NCBI GenBank assembly: GCA_038065455.1
Contig: JBBTQX010000002.1
Coordinates: 6,779 to 70,778, forward strand
From: Patescibacteria group bacterium
GTDB taxonomy: Bacteria > Patescibacteriota > Minisyncoccia > UBA6257 > GWB1-50-10
DNA: 64,000 bases
Reading direction: 5' to 3'
Shown here piece by piece: positions 1-9,015 of this stretch (the stretch's first letter is position 1; every line of letters begins with the position of its first letter). Position numbers and translations under genes: made by a program. The notes beneath the pieces are model-generated. The model did not search any database. It worked only from the letters and a program-made list of their open reading frames with translations, and was not told the DNA's origin.

Positions 1-146
1 TTCTCCTTCCTCTGTTCTAGGAAACGCACATGTACGCTGGTCGAAACTTTATTAAAATACCCTCCTGCCGATTGCAAAGCTGCAGACTCCGCCGCCGACA
101 TTTGAAATACCCTACGTCAGCCCGAACCGTGGAAAATAATAACATC

Positions 147-971
147 CTACTTCCCGATGTCAAACGAAGGGAAATTCGCCTCCTGGGGATAAAATACCTC
201 CCCTTCCGAAACCGCTTTTCCTTCGATGATTTCCCTGGCCAATCTCTCATAGGCCAAAGCACCGGGACTCTGGGGTGCGTAAAGCATAATGGGCTTTTGA
301 AAACTGGGCGCCTCGGCCAAGCTTACCGAGCGCGGAATCTCGACTTCGAAGACTTTGTAGGGGAAACGTTTGCGCACTTCTCGCGCGATTTCCCGCGAGA
401 GCCTTTCCCGCTTGTCATACATCGTAAGAAGCGCGCTCACGGATTTTATTTCGTGTCCCAGATTATTTTTCACCAAGTCCACGCTCTCCAGAAGCTGACT
501 CAAGCCTTCCAGGCTGTAATATTCGCACTGGACGGGCACGAGCACCTCGTCGGCGGAAGCCAAGCCGTTCACCGTCAAGAGATTCAAGCTCGGTCCCAGG
601 TCAATGAGAATAAATTCATAATTATTTCTAATTTTTTCTATGAAGTTTTTTAGATACCATTCCCGGTCCGGCAGATTCACGAGCTCCACGAGCGCCCCGG
701 CCAAATCCGGCGAGGCCGGAATCATCTGGAGATTCGAGAGATAGGTGTCCTTAATCGCCCGCTCCGGCGCCTGGCCGGCCAGAAGGATATGGTAAATGGT
801 TTCATCCGGCGCCCGCTGAATGCCGAGGCCGACCGTCGCGTTGTATTGCGGGTCGAAATCGATTAGAAGCGTCTTCCGCCCCGTCATCGCCAAATAAGCG
901 GAGAGATTCATCGCCGTGGTCGTCTTTCCAACGCCGCCTTTGGCATTGTAAATGCAAATTACTCTGGCCAT
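147..971 (-). CDS. parA: ParA/Soj-family partition ATPase
   Basis: ORF 147..1052 trimmed to Met28 (cat at 969-971). MARVICIYNAKGGVGKTT is the deviant Walker A of ParA/MinD ATPases. The longer start would overlap the tRNA. Confidence 0.85.
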   Translation of the reverse strand: MARVICIYNAKGGVGKTTTAMNLSAYLAMTGRKTLLIDFDPQYNATVGLGIQRAPDETIYHILLAGQAPERAIKDTYLSNLQMIPASPDLAGALVELVNLPDREWYLKNFIEKIRNNYEFILIDLGPSLNLLTVNGLASADEVLVPVQCEYYSLEGLSQLLESVDLVKNNLGHEIKSVSALLTMYDKRERLSREIAREVRKRFPYKVFEVEIPRSVSLAEAPSFQKPIMLYAPQSPGALAYERLAREIIEGKAVSEGEVFYPQEANFPSFDIGK

Positions 972-1014
972 TATGTTGATTTTAGTGTAAAAAAATCGTA
1001 TTATCAAATAAATT

Positions 1015-1101
1015 GCCTGGGTGGCGGAATTTGGTTTACGCGTAGCACTCAAAATGCTATGGCCTTCACTGGCCGTGTGGGTTCGAGTCCCACCTCAGGC
1101 A
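1015..1101 (+). tRNA. tRNA-Leu (anticodon CAA), class II
   Basis: Hand-folded cloverleaf: 7-bp acceptor stem (one G-U), anticodon stem tagca/tgcta, loop cuCAAaa, long variable arm, T-loop ttcgagt. No encoded CCA. Confidence 0.9.
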
Positions 1102-1288
1102 CACATGAGAGGATATTTCAGAACCTCAAAGGTAAATAAATAATAATAAAAAATAATTGGCCTATATAATCGGCCTTTCATTGGGCGATGGCAACCTTTT
1201 TTCTTGTATTGTATCTGCCATGCTGATTGCCATATATCCGAGCATATCCCGCATGGTGCCAAATGTCCTTGCACATTACCGATTTCAC

Positions 1289-1317
1289 TTGACAGTAAGG
1301 TTATATTCTGCTATATT
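1289..1317 (+). promoter_or_regulatory. sigma70-type promoter
   Basis: TTGACA (1289-1294), 17-nt spacer, TATATT (1312-1317), upstream of the 66-aa ORF. Confidence 0.6.
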
Positions 1318-1394
1318 TAAAACACTCTTAAAATGATTGGGAGTCCGGGCTACGAAGGTTTCGTGGCAAATTTGTATCTTGAAAGGAGGATCCT

Positions 1395-1595
1395 ATGGAT
1401 CCCAAACGACAGGGCGAGATCGCTCTCAAACTGGTGAAGCAACTCATGCGCAAGCGTGGCATCCAACTCTCGCAGGACAACATGCGCGAGTTCGGAAATG
1501 TCGCGAAGGCAATTGAGGTGCCTGTCGAGGAGCTGAAGCAGTTCGCCAAGCCCCTCATGCAGGAATTCCTCGACGAGTGCTTCTCCGCCAAGTAG
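1395..1595 (+). CDS. hypothetical small protein (66 aa, helical, acidic C-terminus)
   Basis: ATG preceded by aaGGAGGatcct. Third codon positions are G/C-rich, unlike the neighbours. No family recognised. Confidence 0.55.
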   Translation: MDPKRQGEIALKLVKQLMRKRGIQLSQDNMREFGNVAKAIEVPVEELKQFAKPLMQEFLDECFSAK

Positions 1596-1708
1596 TAGTC
1601 GGGAAACTAGGGTGGAGCTTCTAGTTCCCTAAAAGGGTAATTGCACCTCGCCGTCACAAGCGGACAAGGGCAGAACAAGAACCTAACCCCATTTTCCGGC
1701 AATACAAC

Positions 1709-1743
1709 CCCACTATCCTTTAAAATAGTGGGACTTTTTTTAT
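1709..1743 (+). terminator. rho-independent terminator candidate
   Basis: Stem cccactat/atagtggg (8 bp), 8-nt loop, then a T-run. Confidence 0.55.
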
Positions 1744-1745
1744 TA

Positions 1746-2033
1746 TCAGTCGGGCTTCAACCATACATCATTCCCGGACCCATTATATTGCACCTTCTTT
1801 TTTAAGGATGGAAATCTTCCTGTTCTCGCCCCGATTATACCCGCGCCCAGCTTTCCGTTCGAGCGGATGACGCGGTGGCAAGGAATTTTCGGATTATAGT
1901 TGCCATTCAGGATATTCCCGACGGCCCGATAGGCCTTCGGCCGGCCCGCGAGCTTCGCGACGGCCTTATACGTCAGAACCTCGCCTTTCGGAATTTTTCC
2001 GACGATTCGAAGAACTTTTTCTTTGAATTCCAT
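1746..2033 (-). CDS. MGMT-family methylated-DNA-protein-cysteine methyltransferase, short DNA-binding/active-site domain form
   Basis: PCHRV active-site motif in a 95-aa protein. Confidence 0.8.
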   Translation of the reverse strand: MEFKEKVLRIVGKIPKGEVLTYKAVAKLAGRPKAYRAVGNILNGNYNPKIPCHRVIRSNGKLGAGIIGARTGRFPSLKKKVQYNGSGNDVWLKPD

Positions 2034-2254
2034 ATGTCGTCTATTTCAAATATTTTTTCTTTCGACATCGCGCCCCCGGCGAGCGCTATGTTTATCTTGG
2101 ATATCCCCAAAAATTCGGAAAGCGCGTCCGCAACCGCCTTGTTCGCCTTCCCTTCCTTAGGTGGCGCATTCACGCTCACCTTGTAGTGGGTTTCGTCGAG
2201 TTTTTCGACTTTTTCGTTTTTGGCGTTGGCTTTTACCGATACATATATTTTCAT
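1973..2254 (-). CDS. DUF167/YggU-like protein
   Basis: MKIYVSVKANAKNEKV...YKVSVNAPPKEGKANK pattern typical of YggU. The 3' end overlaps the MGMT gene by 61 nt. Confidence 0.6.
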   Translation of the reverse strand: MKIYVSVKANAKNEKVEKLDETHYKVSVNAPPKEGKANKAVADALSEFLGISKINIALAGGAMSKEKIFEIDDIWNSKKKFFESSEKFRKARF

Positions 2255-2296
2255 AAATTTAATTTTAAGTTTTAAATTTTAATTTAATGTTCAAAT

Positions 2297-3145
2297 TTAA
2301 GAAAAATAACTTTTTAAAATCTTAATGTTTCTTTTATCGGGACCGTTATTATCAAACCCGGGCACCTCCAAGAGCCACGCCTTGTCCCAAAGGCGCTTTT
2401 CCTTCGCGAGCGCTTTGAATCCCGGAAGGCCGACATAGCCTTCGCCGATATTTTCATGCCGGTCGTTGTGCGAATTCCAGAGGGTTTTGGAGTCATTTGC
2501 GTGAATGGCAACGACATTCTCCAAACCGATTTCCTTATCCACCCTGTCCGCGAATGCCTTAATATTTCCCGCGTCATATTTGACGATTCCCGATTCAAAA
2601 GCGTGGGCGGTATCCAAACAGATTTTTACGCGCTTCGAGCCGATTTTTTTGAAGATAAACGCGAGCTCTTCGATGGTTTTTCCGATTTTCTCTCCCCCGC
2701 CGGCGGTATTTTCCATCACGAGAAAACTTTTGCCCGGAACATTCGCCAAGACTTTTTTCATTCCGGATATCGCCTGATTCAGCGATTTTTCCTTATCCAT
2801 TCCAGTACTCGAGCCGATATGGAAGATAAGCCCGGCCGCCCCGATAAGTTCGGCGATTTTCAGATGATCCGACAGGTTTCTGATTGATTTCGAAACCAGC
2901 TCCGGATTCGGACTGCCGAGATTCACCAGATACGAGGCGTGGAGATAAGCCGGGCCGATGCCGGTTCTTTTTCCCTCCTCTTTGAATTTATTTATTTCAT
3001 CCTCATTCGGCAGCTTTGTCTGCCAGGTGCGAGGCGAGGCGCCGAAAATCTGAATGCAATCCGCGCCGATTTCTTTGGCGCGCCCGAAGGCCGTCCAAAG
3101 CCCGCCGGCGGTAGAAACATGCGCTCCGATTTTAGGCTTAGTCAT
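2297..3145 (-). CDS. nfo: endonuclease IV (AP endonuclease family 2)
   Basis: 282 aa. Conserved blocks GAHVS, IFGASPR, HASYLVNL, HIGS, ENTAG, CLDTAH. Confidence 0.9.
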   Translation of the reverse strand: MTKPKIGAHVSTAGGLWTAFGRAKEIGADCIQIFGASPRTWQTKLPNEDEINKFKEEGKRTGIGPAYLHASYLVNLGSPNPELVSKSIRNLSDHLKIAELIGAAGLIFHIGSSTGMDKEKSLNQAISGMKKVLANVPGKSFLVMENTAGGGEKIGKTIEELAFIFKKIGSKRVKICLDTAHAFESGIVKYDAGNIKAFADRVDKEIGLENVVAIHANDSKTLWNSHNDRHENIGEGYVGLPGFKALAKEKRLWDKAWLLEVPGFDNNGPDKRNIKILKSYFS

Positions 3146-3173
3146 TATTTAAATATAACATGGGCCCTAAAAT

Positions 3174-3258
3174 AAAAGGATCAGACGAATTAAAAAAGTG
3201 GGTAAGACTTGGCCTAGCGGCCCGGAGCGCACACTTTTTTGGTTCGGCTGATCCTTTT
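3174..3258. repeat. long imperfect inverted repeat (hairpin) between nfo and truB
   Basis: aaaaggatcagacgaa (3174-3189) pairs with ttcggctgatcctttt (3243-3258) at 15/16. Inner arms aaaaaagtg / cactttttt. Confidence 0.6.
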
Positions 3259-4273
3259 AAGATATAGCACTTCCGGGAGGGACTTCCCTGTCTGGTTTCA
3301 ATAATACCGGCCCGCCGTCATTGGCCGCCAGGAGCATTCCTTGGCTCTCCAGACCCATCATCATTCGCGGCTCCAGATTCGCAACAACGATTATCTCGCG
3401 GCCAACCATCTCTTCCGGCAAGTAAACCTTCCCGACACCGGCTAGAATTTGTCGCGGTTCCGGTTCGCCTAAGTCCACTTTTAGCTTCAAAAGCTTTTCG
3501 GAACCTTCCACGCGTTCGGCCTCAAGCACTCTCGCGACCTTCATTTCTATCTTTTTAAATTCATCAAAATTTATGTTCATATTATTATATTTTTGTACCT
3601 CAGTGCTACAATTGATTGTAGCATCGGACTTTACGAGCTTCTCCAATTGAACGAGACTCAGGGATTCTTTTTCCGTAAAATCCCCCACTCTCGTCCTTTT
3701 GAGCGCCGCGAGATACGCGCCGGTTCCCAATTCTTTTCCGATATCGCGGGCCAAAGCCCTTACATAAACTCCTGGACCGGTCACGGCACGCAGTTCTAAA
3801 TAAGGCCACTCGTATTCCAAAATCTCAATCTCTTTTATCTCAGCTTCTCTTTCCAATAATACCGGCTTCTCGCCTTTTCTGGCAAATTTATAAGCTTCCT
3901 TACCACTCACCTTGATAGCGCTGTAAATGGGCGGAATCTGCTTGATTTTGCCGATGAATTTTTTTACCGCTTCTTTGATTTCCGAAAGAGCCGGCTTTCT
4001 GTCCGACACGGAGGTTTTCTCCCCCTCCTCGTCGTCCGTGGCGCTCGTCTCGCCCAATTTAATCTTGGCGAGATATTCTTTTTCTTTCTTCACTTCAATG
4101 CCCAATTTTTTCGTAGCTTCGCGGCCGACGCCCACGACAAGCACGCCTTCGGCCAAAGGATCGAGCGTTCCGGCATGGCCGACCTTCTCGCCTCCGGTAA
4201 TCCTCTTTATGCTCTGAACAATATCATTCGAGGTTGGGCCTTTCGGTTTATAGATAGCGAAGATTCCTTTCAT
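3257..4273 (-). CDS. truB: tRNA pseudouridine-55 synthase TruB fused to a C-terminal CsaA/Trbp111-like tRNA-binding (OB) domain
   Basis: N-terminus GHAGTLDPLAEGVL (catalytic Asp motif). The C-terminal ~110 aa (KIEMKVARVLEAERVEGSEKLLKLKVDLG...) resembles EMAP/CsaA tRNA-binding domains. Confidence 0.8.
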   Translation of the reverse strand: MKGIFAIYKPKGPTSNDIVQSIKRITGGEKVGHAGTLDPLAEGVLVVGVGREATKKLGIEVKKEKEYLAKIKLGETSATDDEEGEKTSVSDRKPALSEIKEAVKKFIGKIKQIPPIYSAIKVSGKEAYKFARKGEKPVLLEREAEIKEIEILEYEWPYLELRAVTGPGVYVRALARDIGKELGTGAYLAALKRTRVGDFTEKESLSLVQLEKLVKSDATINCSTEVQKYNNMNINFDEFKKIEMKVARVLEAERVEGSEKLLKLKVDLGEPEPRQILAGVGKVYLPEEMVGREIIVVANLEPRMMMGLESQGMLLAANDGGPVLLKPDREVPPGSAIS

Positions 4274-5383
4274 TCAGAACTCACTTTGTAGGTCTTCGAG
4301 CAATTTCTTCGCCTTGCTAGATATATGTTTGGGCAGTTTCAAATTAAAAGTTATATAAAGATCGCCGCGCGAAGACGAACCGAGCTTCGGCATACCGCGA
4401 TGAGATACTTTCATTTTTTCCTGAAGCGAAAAACCGCCGGGAATCTTGACCGAAAACACTTCTCCGCTGATATCCGCAATCGGAATGTCTTTTTCGAGCA
4501 ATGCCTCCGCTATGCCGATATCCTTCGTAAGATATAGATCTTCTTTTTTCCTCGTAAAAGCCGAATGAGACTTAATTCTCACTATCACATAAAGGTCGCC
4601 CACTCCGCCCTGGCGCTCGCCCGCTTCGCCGGCACCATGAAGTTTGATAATCTGGCCATCCTCCACGCCCGGAGCAATATTCACGTTCGCTTCCCGATTA
4701 CCTGAAATTCGCCCTTTTCCTTTGCACTTCGGACACGGCGCTTTGGGTAATTGGCCCGAACCGGAACATTCGGAACAAATTCTCACTTGAGCGAATTGGC
4801 CGAAAAAAGTCTTGCGCTCCACGTTTATCTCACCCCGTCCGCCGCACACATTGCAGGTCTCGAAACCCTTGTTTTTATCATGGCCCAAGCCCTGACAATC
4901 GCCGCAGACGAGATAGGTTTTGAAATTAATCCGGCGATTGACGCCCCGAAAAGCTTCCTCGAGCATCAAATCCTGAACCGTTTCGATGTCCGAACCTTGG
5001 GCATAGGTCTTCCGCCTCTGGCCGGATGCGCCGCCGAACTGCTCAAAAATAGTCTCGAAAATATCGTTCAGGTCGCCGTTGCCGCCGCCGAATCCCCCAA
5101 AACCTCCGGAGAATCCGCCGAAATCGGAAGCGGAAAATCCGCCCGCGAAAGGATTGCCGCCGCCCTGGCCGCCTTCAAACACCTGGCCGAAGCGATCATA
5201 TTGCGCGCGCTTATCCTTATTGGAAAGGATTTGATAAGCCTCGTTCACTTCTTTGAACTTGCCCTCGTTGCCACCCTGCTTATCCGGATGATGCTGATGG
5301 GCCAGTTTGCGATAAGCCTTCTTTATATCCTCTTCCGTGGCCGTCTTTCCGACGCCGAGAATTTTGTAGTAATCTTTCGCCAT
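4274..5383 (-). CDS. dnaJ: chaperone DnaJ
   Basis: J domain with HPD, G/F-rich region, four CxxCxGxG zinc repeats. Confidence 0.95.
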   Translation of the reverse strand: MAKDYYKILGVGKTATEEDIKKAYRKLAHQHHPDKQGGNEGKFKEVNEAYQILSNKDKRAQYDRFGQVFEGGQGGGNPFAGGFSASDFGGFSGGFGGFGGGNGDLNDIFETIFEQFGGASGQRRKTYAQGSDIETVQDLMLEEAFRGVNRRINFKTYLVCGDCQGLGHDKNKGFETCNVCGGRGEINVERKTFFGQFAQVRICSECSGSGQLPKAPCPKCKGKGRISGNREANVNIAPGVEDGQIIKLHGAGEAGERQGGVGDLYVIVRIKSHSAFTRKKEDLYLTKDIGIAEALLEKDIPIADISGEVFSVKIPGGFSLQEKMKVSHRGMPKLGSSSRGDLYITFNLKLPKHISSKAKKLLEDLQSEF

Positions 5384-6427
5384 TTAGGATAGGAGTGTAA
5401 ACTCGCGGCTCCGCGTTTCCAAATTGAAATAAGCGAATCCGAAAACAACGAGTATTTTGAAAATAATAAATGCCAATAGAGCGACAAACCAATATAAAAG
5501 AAAGAAAGCACTTTTTACCGTGAAGAAGAAAATAAACGAAACGGCCAACGGTAAAATCCAAGATGAACTGTTGAAAGAATTAAAATATTTCGCAACGATA
5601 TCATAAGCGAAATCGGCCGTTCCCTGAACGGGATTGAGATCCACAAACTGTTTTTTGAGGACTTCCAATAGCTGATCCGTGGCCTGATCGATGAATTTAT
5701 TCTGATCCTTCTGAGGCAAGGAACGAAAATCGGTCTCCGGACTTCCGGCGCTCACGCCCGGAATTTCCAATTTAGTCCGGCTTAATTTTTCGGCAGCTAG
5801 GCTCCGCAAAAGGTTTCGAACAGTTCCGTTCAAAGAAATACCCGGCACAATGACCCGCGCGACGGGTTCGCTTGCAGTAATGGTTCCCGACACTAGCCGC
5901 CGACCCATCGCTTCGGTGAATTTCCCCCATTCGAAATAATTGAGATAGAGAACGACCGAAAGGAATATCAAAAAGCCTGTTACGATTTTCGGCAGAAACA
6001 CTCTGGTGGTTTCAAAAAAATGGAGCTTAATGCCATTCAAAACGAAGTTCCGGCCGTGCTTCATCGCTTCGACAATGAAAACAAAAGCCACGAATGCTCC
6101 AATAAGAAGCGGAACGGACGTCTCCGGATAAACCTTATCCGGAAAAACGGCGAGCGCGGCGGCCACTTCCAAAAATGCGATAAGCGAAAGTTTTCCCAGG
6201 CCTTTTATGAAAAAAACCTGGAGAATAACCACTATCAAAAAGAAAGCGAAAGCGAGAACGGTCGGCCAGAAATAAACGTTATCCAAGCCGGAGATAAGGC
6301 GCAAAAAACCGGAGAAGGTCGCGAAGCTTCCCACGATTCCCAAAAAACCTAGAAGCAGTATCTTCCAAACACTGCGGTCTACTTCCGCTTCATGGGACTC
6401 ACTGGTTATTTGAAGGCTGGGTGTCAT
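5384..6427 (-). CDS. hypothetical multi-pass membrane protein
   Basis: Long ORF with several hydrophobic segments. Start chosen at ATG 6427; the track start at 6481 overlaps dnaK more deeply. Confidence 0.55.
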   Translation of the reverse strand: MTPSLQITSESHEAEVDRSVWKILLLGFLGIVGSFATFSGFLRLISGLDNVYFWPTVLAFAFFLIVVILQVFFIKGLGKLSLIAFLEVAAALAVFPDKVYPETSVPLLIGAFVAFVFIVEAMKHGRNFVLNGIKLHFFETTRVFLPKIVTGFLIFLSVVLYLNYFEWGKFTEAMGRRLVSGTITASEPVARVIVPGISLNGTVRNLLRSLAAEKLSRTKLEIPGVSAGSPETDFRSLPQKDQNKFIDQATDQLLEVLKKQFVDLNPVQGTADFAYDIVAKYFNSFNSSSWILPLAVSFIFFFTVKSAFFLLYWFVALLAFIIFKILVVFGFAYFNLETRSREFTLLS

Positions 6428-8282
6428 CTTTTTTATTATAGAGGGCTTCCCCGATCTTTTGAAGCGAGGTGGAAAGTTCATTCGCCGCCGCCGTTATTGC
6501 TGCGGCATCGCTTCCTTCTTGAATTTCTTTTATTTTGGCGATTTTTGCATTCACGTCTTCTTTCACGTCTGCCGGGACTTTGTCCCCCGCGTCCTTCAGG
6601 CCCTTCTCCGCCGCGTAGACAAGCGACTCCGCCTGGTTCTTCGCATCGATGAGTTCGCGCTTCTTCTGGTCTTCCGTCGCATGTTCGGCCGCTTCTTTCT
6701 TGAGCTTTTCAATTTCGTCTTTATTCAAGCTCGTCGAAGCTTCGATTTTCACCGACTGAGCCTTGTTTGTCGCTTTATCTTTCGCGGAAACGGTAAGGAT
6801 GCCGTTCGCGTCGATATCAAAAGTTACTTCGATCTGGGGAACGCCGCGCGCCGATGGCGGTATGCCATCCAAAATGAATCTGGCCAATGTCTTGTTGTCG
6901 GCCATCATCGGACGTTCTCCCTGTCCGATGTGGATTTCAACCGAGGTCTGATTGTCCGCGGCCGTCGAAAAAACTTGAGTCTTCGCGGTTGGCATTGTGG
7001 TGTTCTTCTGAATCATCGGAGTGGCGACCGCACCCATTGTCTCAATACTTAAAGTGAGAGGTGTCACATCAAGGAGTAAAACTTCACCTTCGGTTTTACG
7101 TCCTTCTTTTTTAGCTAAAAGTATCTCGCCTTGAATTCCAGCCCCAATCGCCACCACTTCATCGGGATTGATACCTTGATGGGGATCCTTGCCGAAGAGC
7201 TTCTTCACGGCCTCCTGAATGGCCGGCATTCTGGTCTGTCCACCGACCAAAATAATTTCATTTATATCTGAAAATTTCAGACCAGCGCCCTTCGGAGTCG
7301 GCGAAGTGACCGCGTCTTTCACGAGATCAATGGAGTGATTGATCATATCGCCGACCAGAGATTCGAGCTTCGCCCGCGTGAGCTTCATCACTAGATGCTT
7401 TGGCCCCGAAGAATCGGAAGTGACGTAGGGCAGATTTATTTCGCTCTCGGCCGCCGTCGAAAGCTCGTGCTTCGCGCGCTCGGCCGCTTCCCGCAAACGC
7501 TGGAGTGCCAGAGTGTCCTTCGAAATATCGATGCCTTCCTGTTTTTTATATTCGCCCACGAGATATTCTATGATAACCTTGTCGAAATCGTCTCCGCCCA
7601 AATGAGTGTCGCCGCCGGTCGCCTTCACTTCCACCGTCTGTTCTTTAGTCTCCGAATCGTAACTCATTTCAAGCACGGATACGTCGAAAGTGCCGCCGCC
7701 GAAATCGTATACGACGATCTTCTGATTCTTTTCTTTCCCGAATCCATAGGCAAAAGCCGCCGCAGTCGGCTCATTGATAATGCGGTCCACTTTCAATCCA
7801 GCGATTTCCCCCGCATTCTTGGTCGCCTGCCTTTGGCTGTCGTCGAAGTAAGCCGGCACCGTAATAACCGCCTCATCAACCGTTTCTCCGAGTTTCGCCT
7901 CCGCATCTGCTTTTATTTTCTGCAAAACCATCGCGGATATTTCTTCCGGCTTATACCACCGGTCCGCCATTTTTATCTCCACGCCGCCCGTCGCCGATTC
8001 CTTTATCTCGTACGAAAGCCACTTGCGGTCGCGCTGGACCTCTAGATCCGAAAACTTCCGCCCGATCAAGCGCTTCACCGAATAAATGGTATTCTGCGGA
8101 TTCACTACGCCCTGCCGCTTACCCAGAAGACCTGTCAGACGCTCGCCTGATTTGTTGACTGCGACAATCGAGGGAGTGGTGCGCGCTCCTTCGCTGTTCT
8201 CCAATATTTTCCCTTCGCCGCCTTCCATCACCGCAACCGCCGAATTCGTCGTCCCCAAATCTATTCCCAAAATTTTTGCCAT
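6399..8282 (-). CDS. dnaK: chaperone DnaK (Hsp70)
   Basis: GIDLGTTNS, DLGGGTFD and other Hsp70 signatures. 627 aa. Confidence 0.97.
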   Translation of the reverse strand: MAKILGIDLGTTNSAVAVMEGGEGKILENSEGARTTPSIVAVNKSGERLTGLLGKRQGVVNPQNTIYSVKRLIGRKFSDLEVQRDRKWLSYEIKESATGGVEIKMADRWYKPEEISAMVLQKIKADAEAKLGETVDEAVITVPAYFDDSQRQATKNAGEIAGLKVDRIINEPTAAAFAYGFGKEKNQKIVVYDFGGGTFDVSVLEMSYDSETKEQTVEVKATGGDTHLGGDDFDKVIIEYLVGEYKKQEGIDISKDTLALQRLREAAERAKHELSTAAESEINLPYVTSDSSGPKHLVMKLTRAKLESLVGDMINHSIDLVKDAVTSPTPKGAGLKFSDINEIILVGGQTRMPAIQEAVKKLFGKDPHQGINPDEVVAIGAGIQGEILLAKKEGRKTEGEVLLLDVTPLTLSIETMGAVATPMIQKNTTMPTAKTQVFSTAADNQTSVEIHIGQGERPMMADNKTLARFILDGIPPSARGVPQIEVTFDIDANGILTVSAKDKATNKAQSVKIEASTSLNKDEIEKLKKEAAEHATEDQKKRELIDAKNQAESLVYAAEKGLKDAGDKVPADVKEDVNAKIAKIKEIQEGSDAAAITAAANELSTSLQKIGEALYNKKDDTQPSNNQ

Positions 8283-8327
8283 ATTATTGTATTTTTGTTT
8301 ATTTTTATATTTAACCTTGACCTTTTG

Positions 8328-8390
8328 ACCGGGCAGTAGAAATTCGATCAGTTCTTCTGCCGTGTTGCAATCGAATTTTCACTGCCCGGT
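8328..8390. repeat. family-2 inverted-repeat element, short copy
   Basis: accgggcagtagaaattcgat ... atcgaattttcactgcccggt: 21-nt arms, 19/21 complementary. The grpE stop codon lies inside the right arm. Confidence 0.75.
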
Positions 8391-8864
8391 TGACAATTTC
8401 ACCCTGACGGGTTTTATGACTTTATTGTGCAACTTGTATCCTCCCGATACCTCTTCCGCTATCGTTCCCGGCGGCTCCGCGGCATTCACTTCGCCTATCG
8501 CTTCCGCCAGATTAGTATCGAAAGGGTCGCCGCGCTGAATTTTGATTCTTTCGAGGCCGTGTTTTTTCAAAATATCCTCGAGCTGACTCCTGATCAGCTC
8601 CACTCCTTTCTTCGCCGGATCGCCGTCCTTCAAGACCGAGAGGCTCAATTCGAAGCTATCCAAAGCGGGAATAAGGTCGGCTATGAGCATTTCATTCGAG
8701 AACTTGGCAAAGTTTTCCAGACGCCCCGCTTCTTCTTTTTTGTAATTAATCAGGTCGGCTTTCGCCCGCTTCCACCCGTTCAGATACTCCTCTTTTTCCC
8801 TTTCCAGTTTCGCAATCGGGTCTTCCGGAATATTATTATTATTTAAATCTTGTTCTTCGGACAT
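8379..8864 (-). CDS. grpE: nucleotide exchange factor GrpE
   Basis: 161 aa, GrpE-like coiled-coil plus beta domain. Sits between hrcA and dnaK. Confidence 0.9.
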   Translation of the reverse strand: MSEEQDLNNNNIPEDPIAKLEREKEEYLNGWKRAKADLINYKKEEAGRLENFAKFSNEMLIADLIPALDSFELSLSVLKDGDPAKKGVELIRSQLEDILKKHGLERIKIQRGDPFDTNLAEAIGEVNAAEPPGTIAEEVSGGYKLHNKVIKPVRVKLSTGQ

Positions 8865-9009
8865 ACCAGGTTAGTAGAAACTCGATTGCAAATTAACGAT
8901 TTGCTGAATCGAATCATGATTAATATATTTAATTTGACCTTTCATATTATATTTTTCCATATCCATTGTTAATTTGACGGCAAATCTAATCGAGTTTTCA
9001 CTACCTGGC
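8865..9009. repeat. family-2 inverted-repeat element, 145-nt copy (MITE-like)
   Basis: accaggttagtagaaactcgatt ... aatcgagttttcactacctggc with an AT-rich interior. Fills the whole hrcA-grpE spacer and abuts the grpE ATG. Confidence 0.75.
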
Positions 9010-9015
9010 ATGTTT

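Noticed and set aside
1-146. An expected parB downstream of parA.
   Set aside because: No ORF with ParB features is present. The only ORF here (17-262, minus) overlaps parA out of frame and looks spurious.
1973-2033. The 61-nt overlap of the DUF167 and MGMT ORFs as a possible programmed frameshift or fusion.
   Set aside because: There is no slippery sequence. The DUF167 homology appears to end before the overlap, so the tail is probably fortuitous read-on to the next stop.
4950-5200. Repetitive GGF/GGN-coding DNA.
   Set aside because: This is the normal glycine/phenylalanine-rich linker of DnaJ.
6428-6481. The longer N-terminal extension of the membrane-protein ORF, overlapping dnaK by 83 nt.
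   Set aside because: The internal ATG at 6427 gives a more plausible start. The extension is basic, low-complexity and overlaps conserved dnaK codons.
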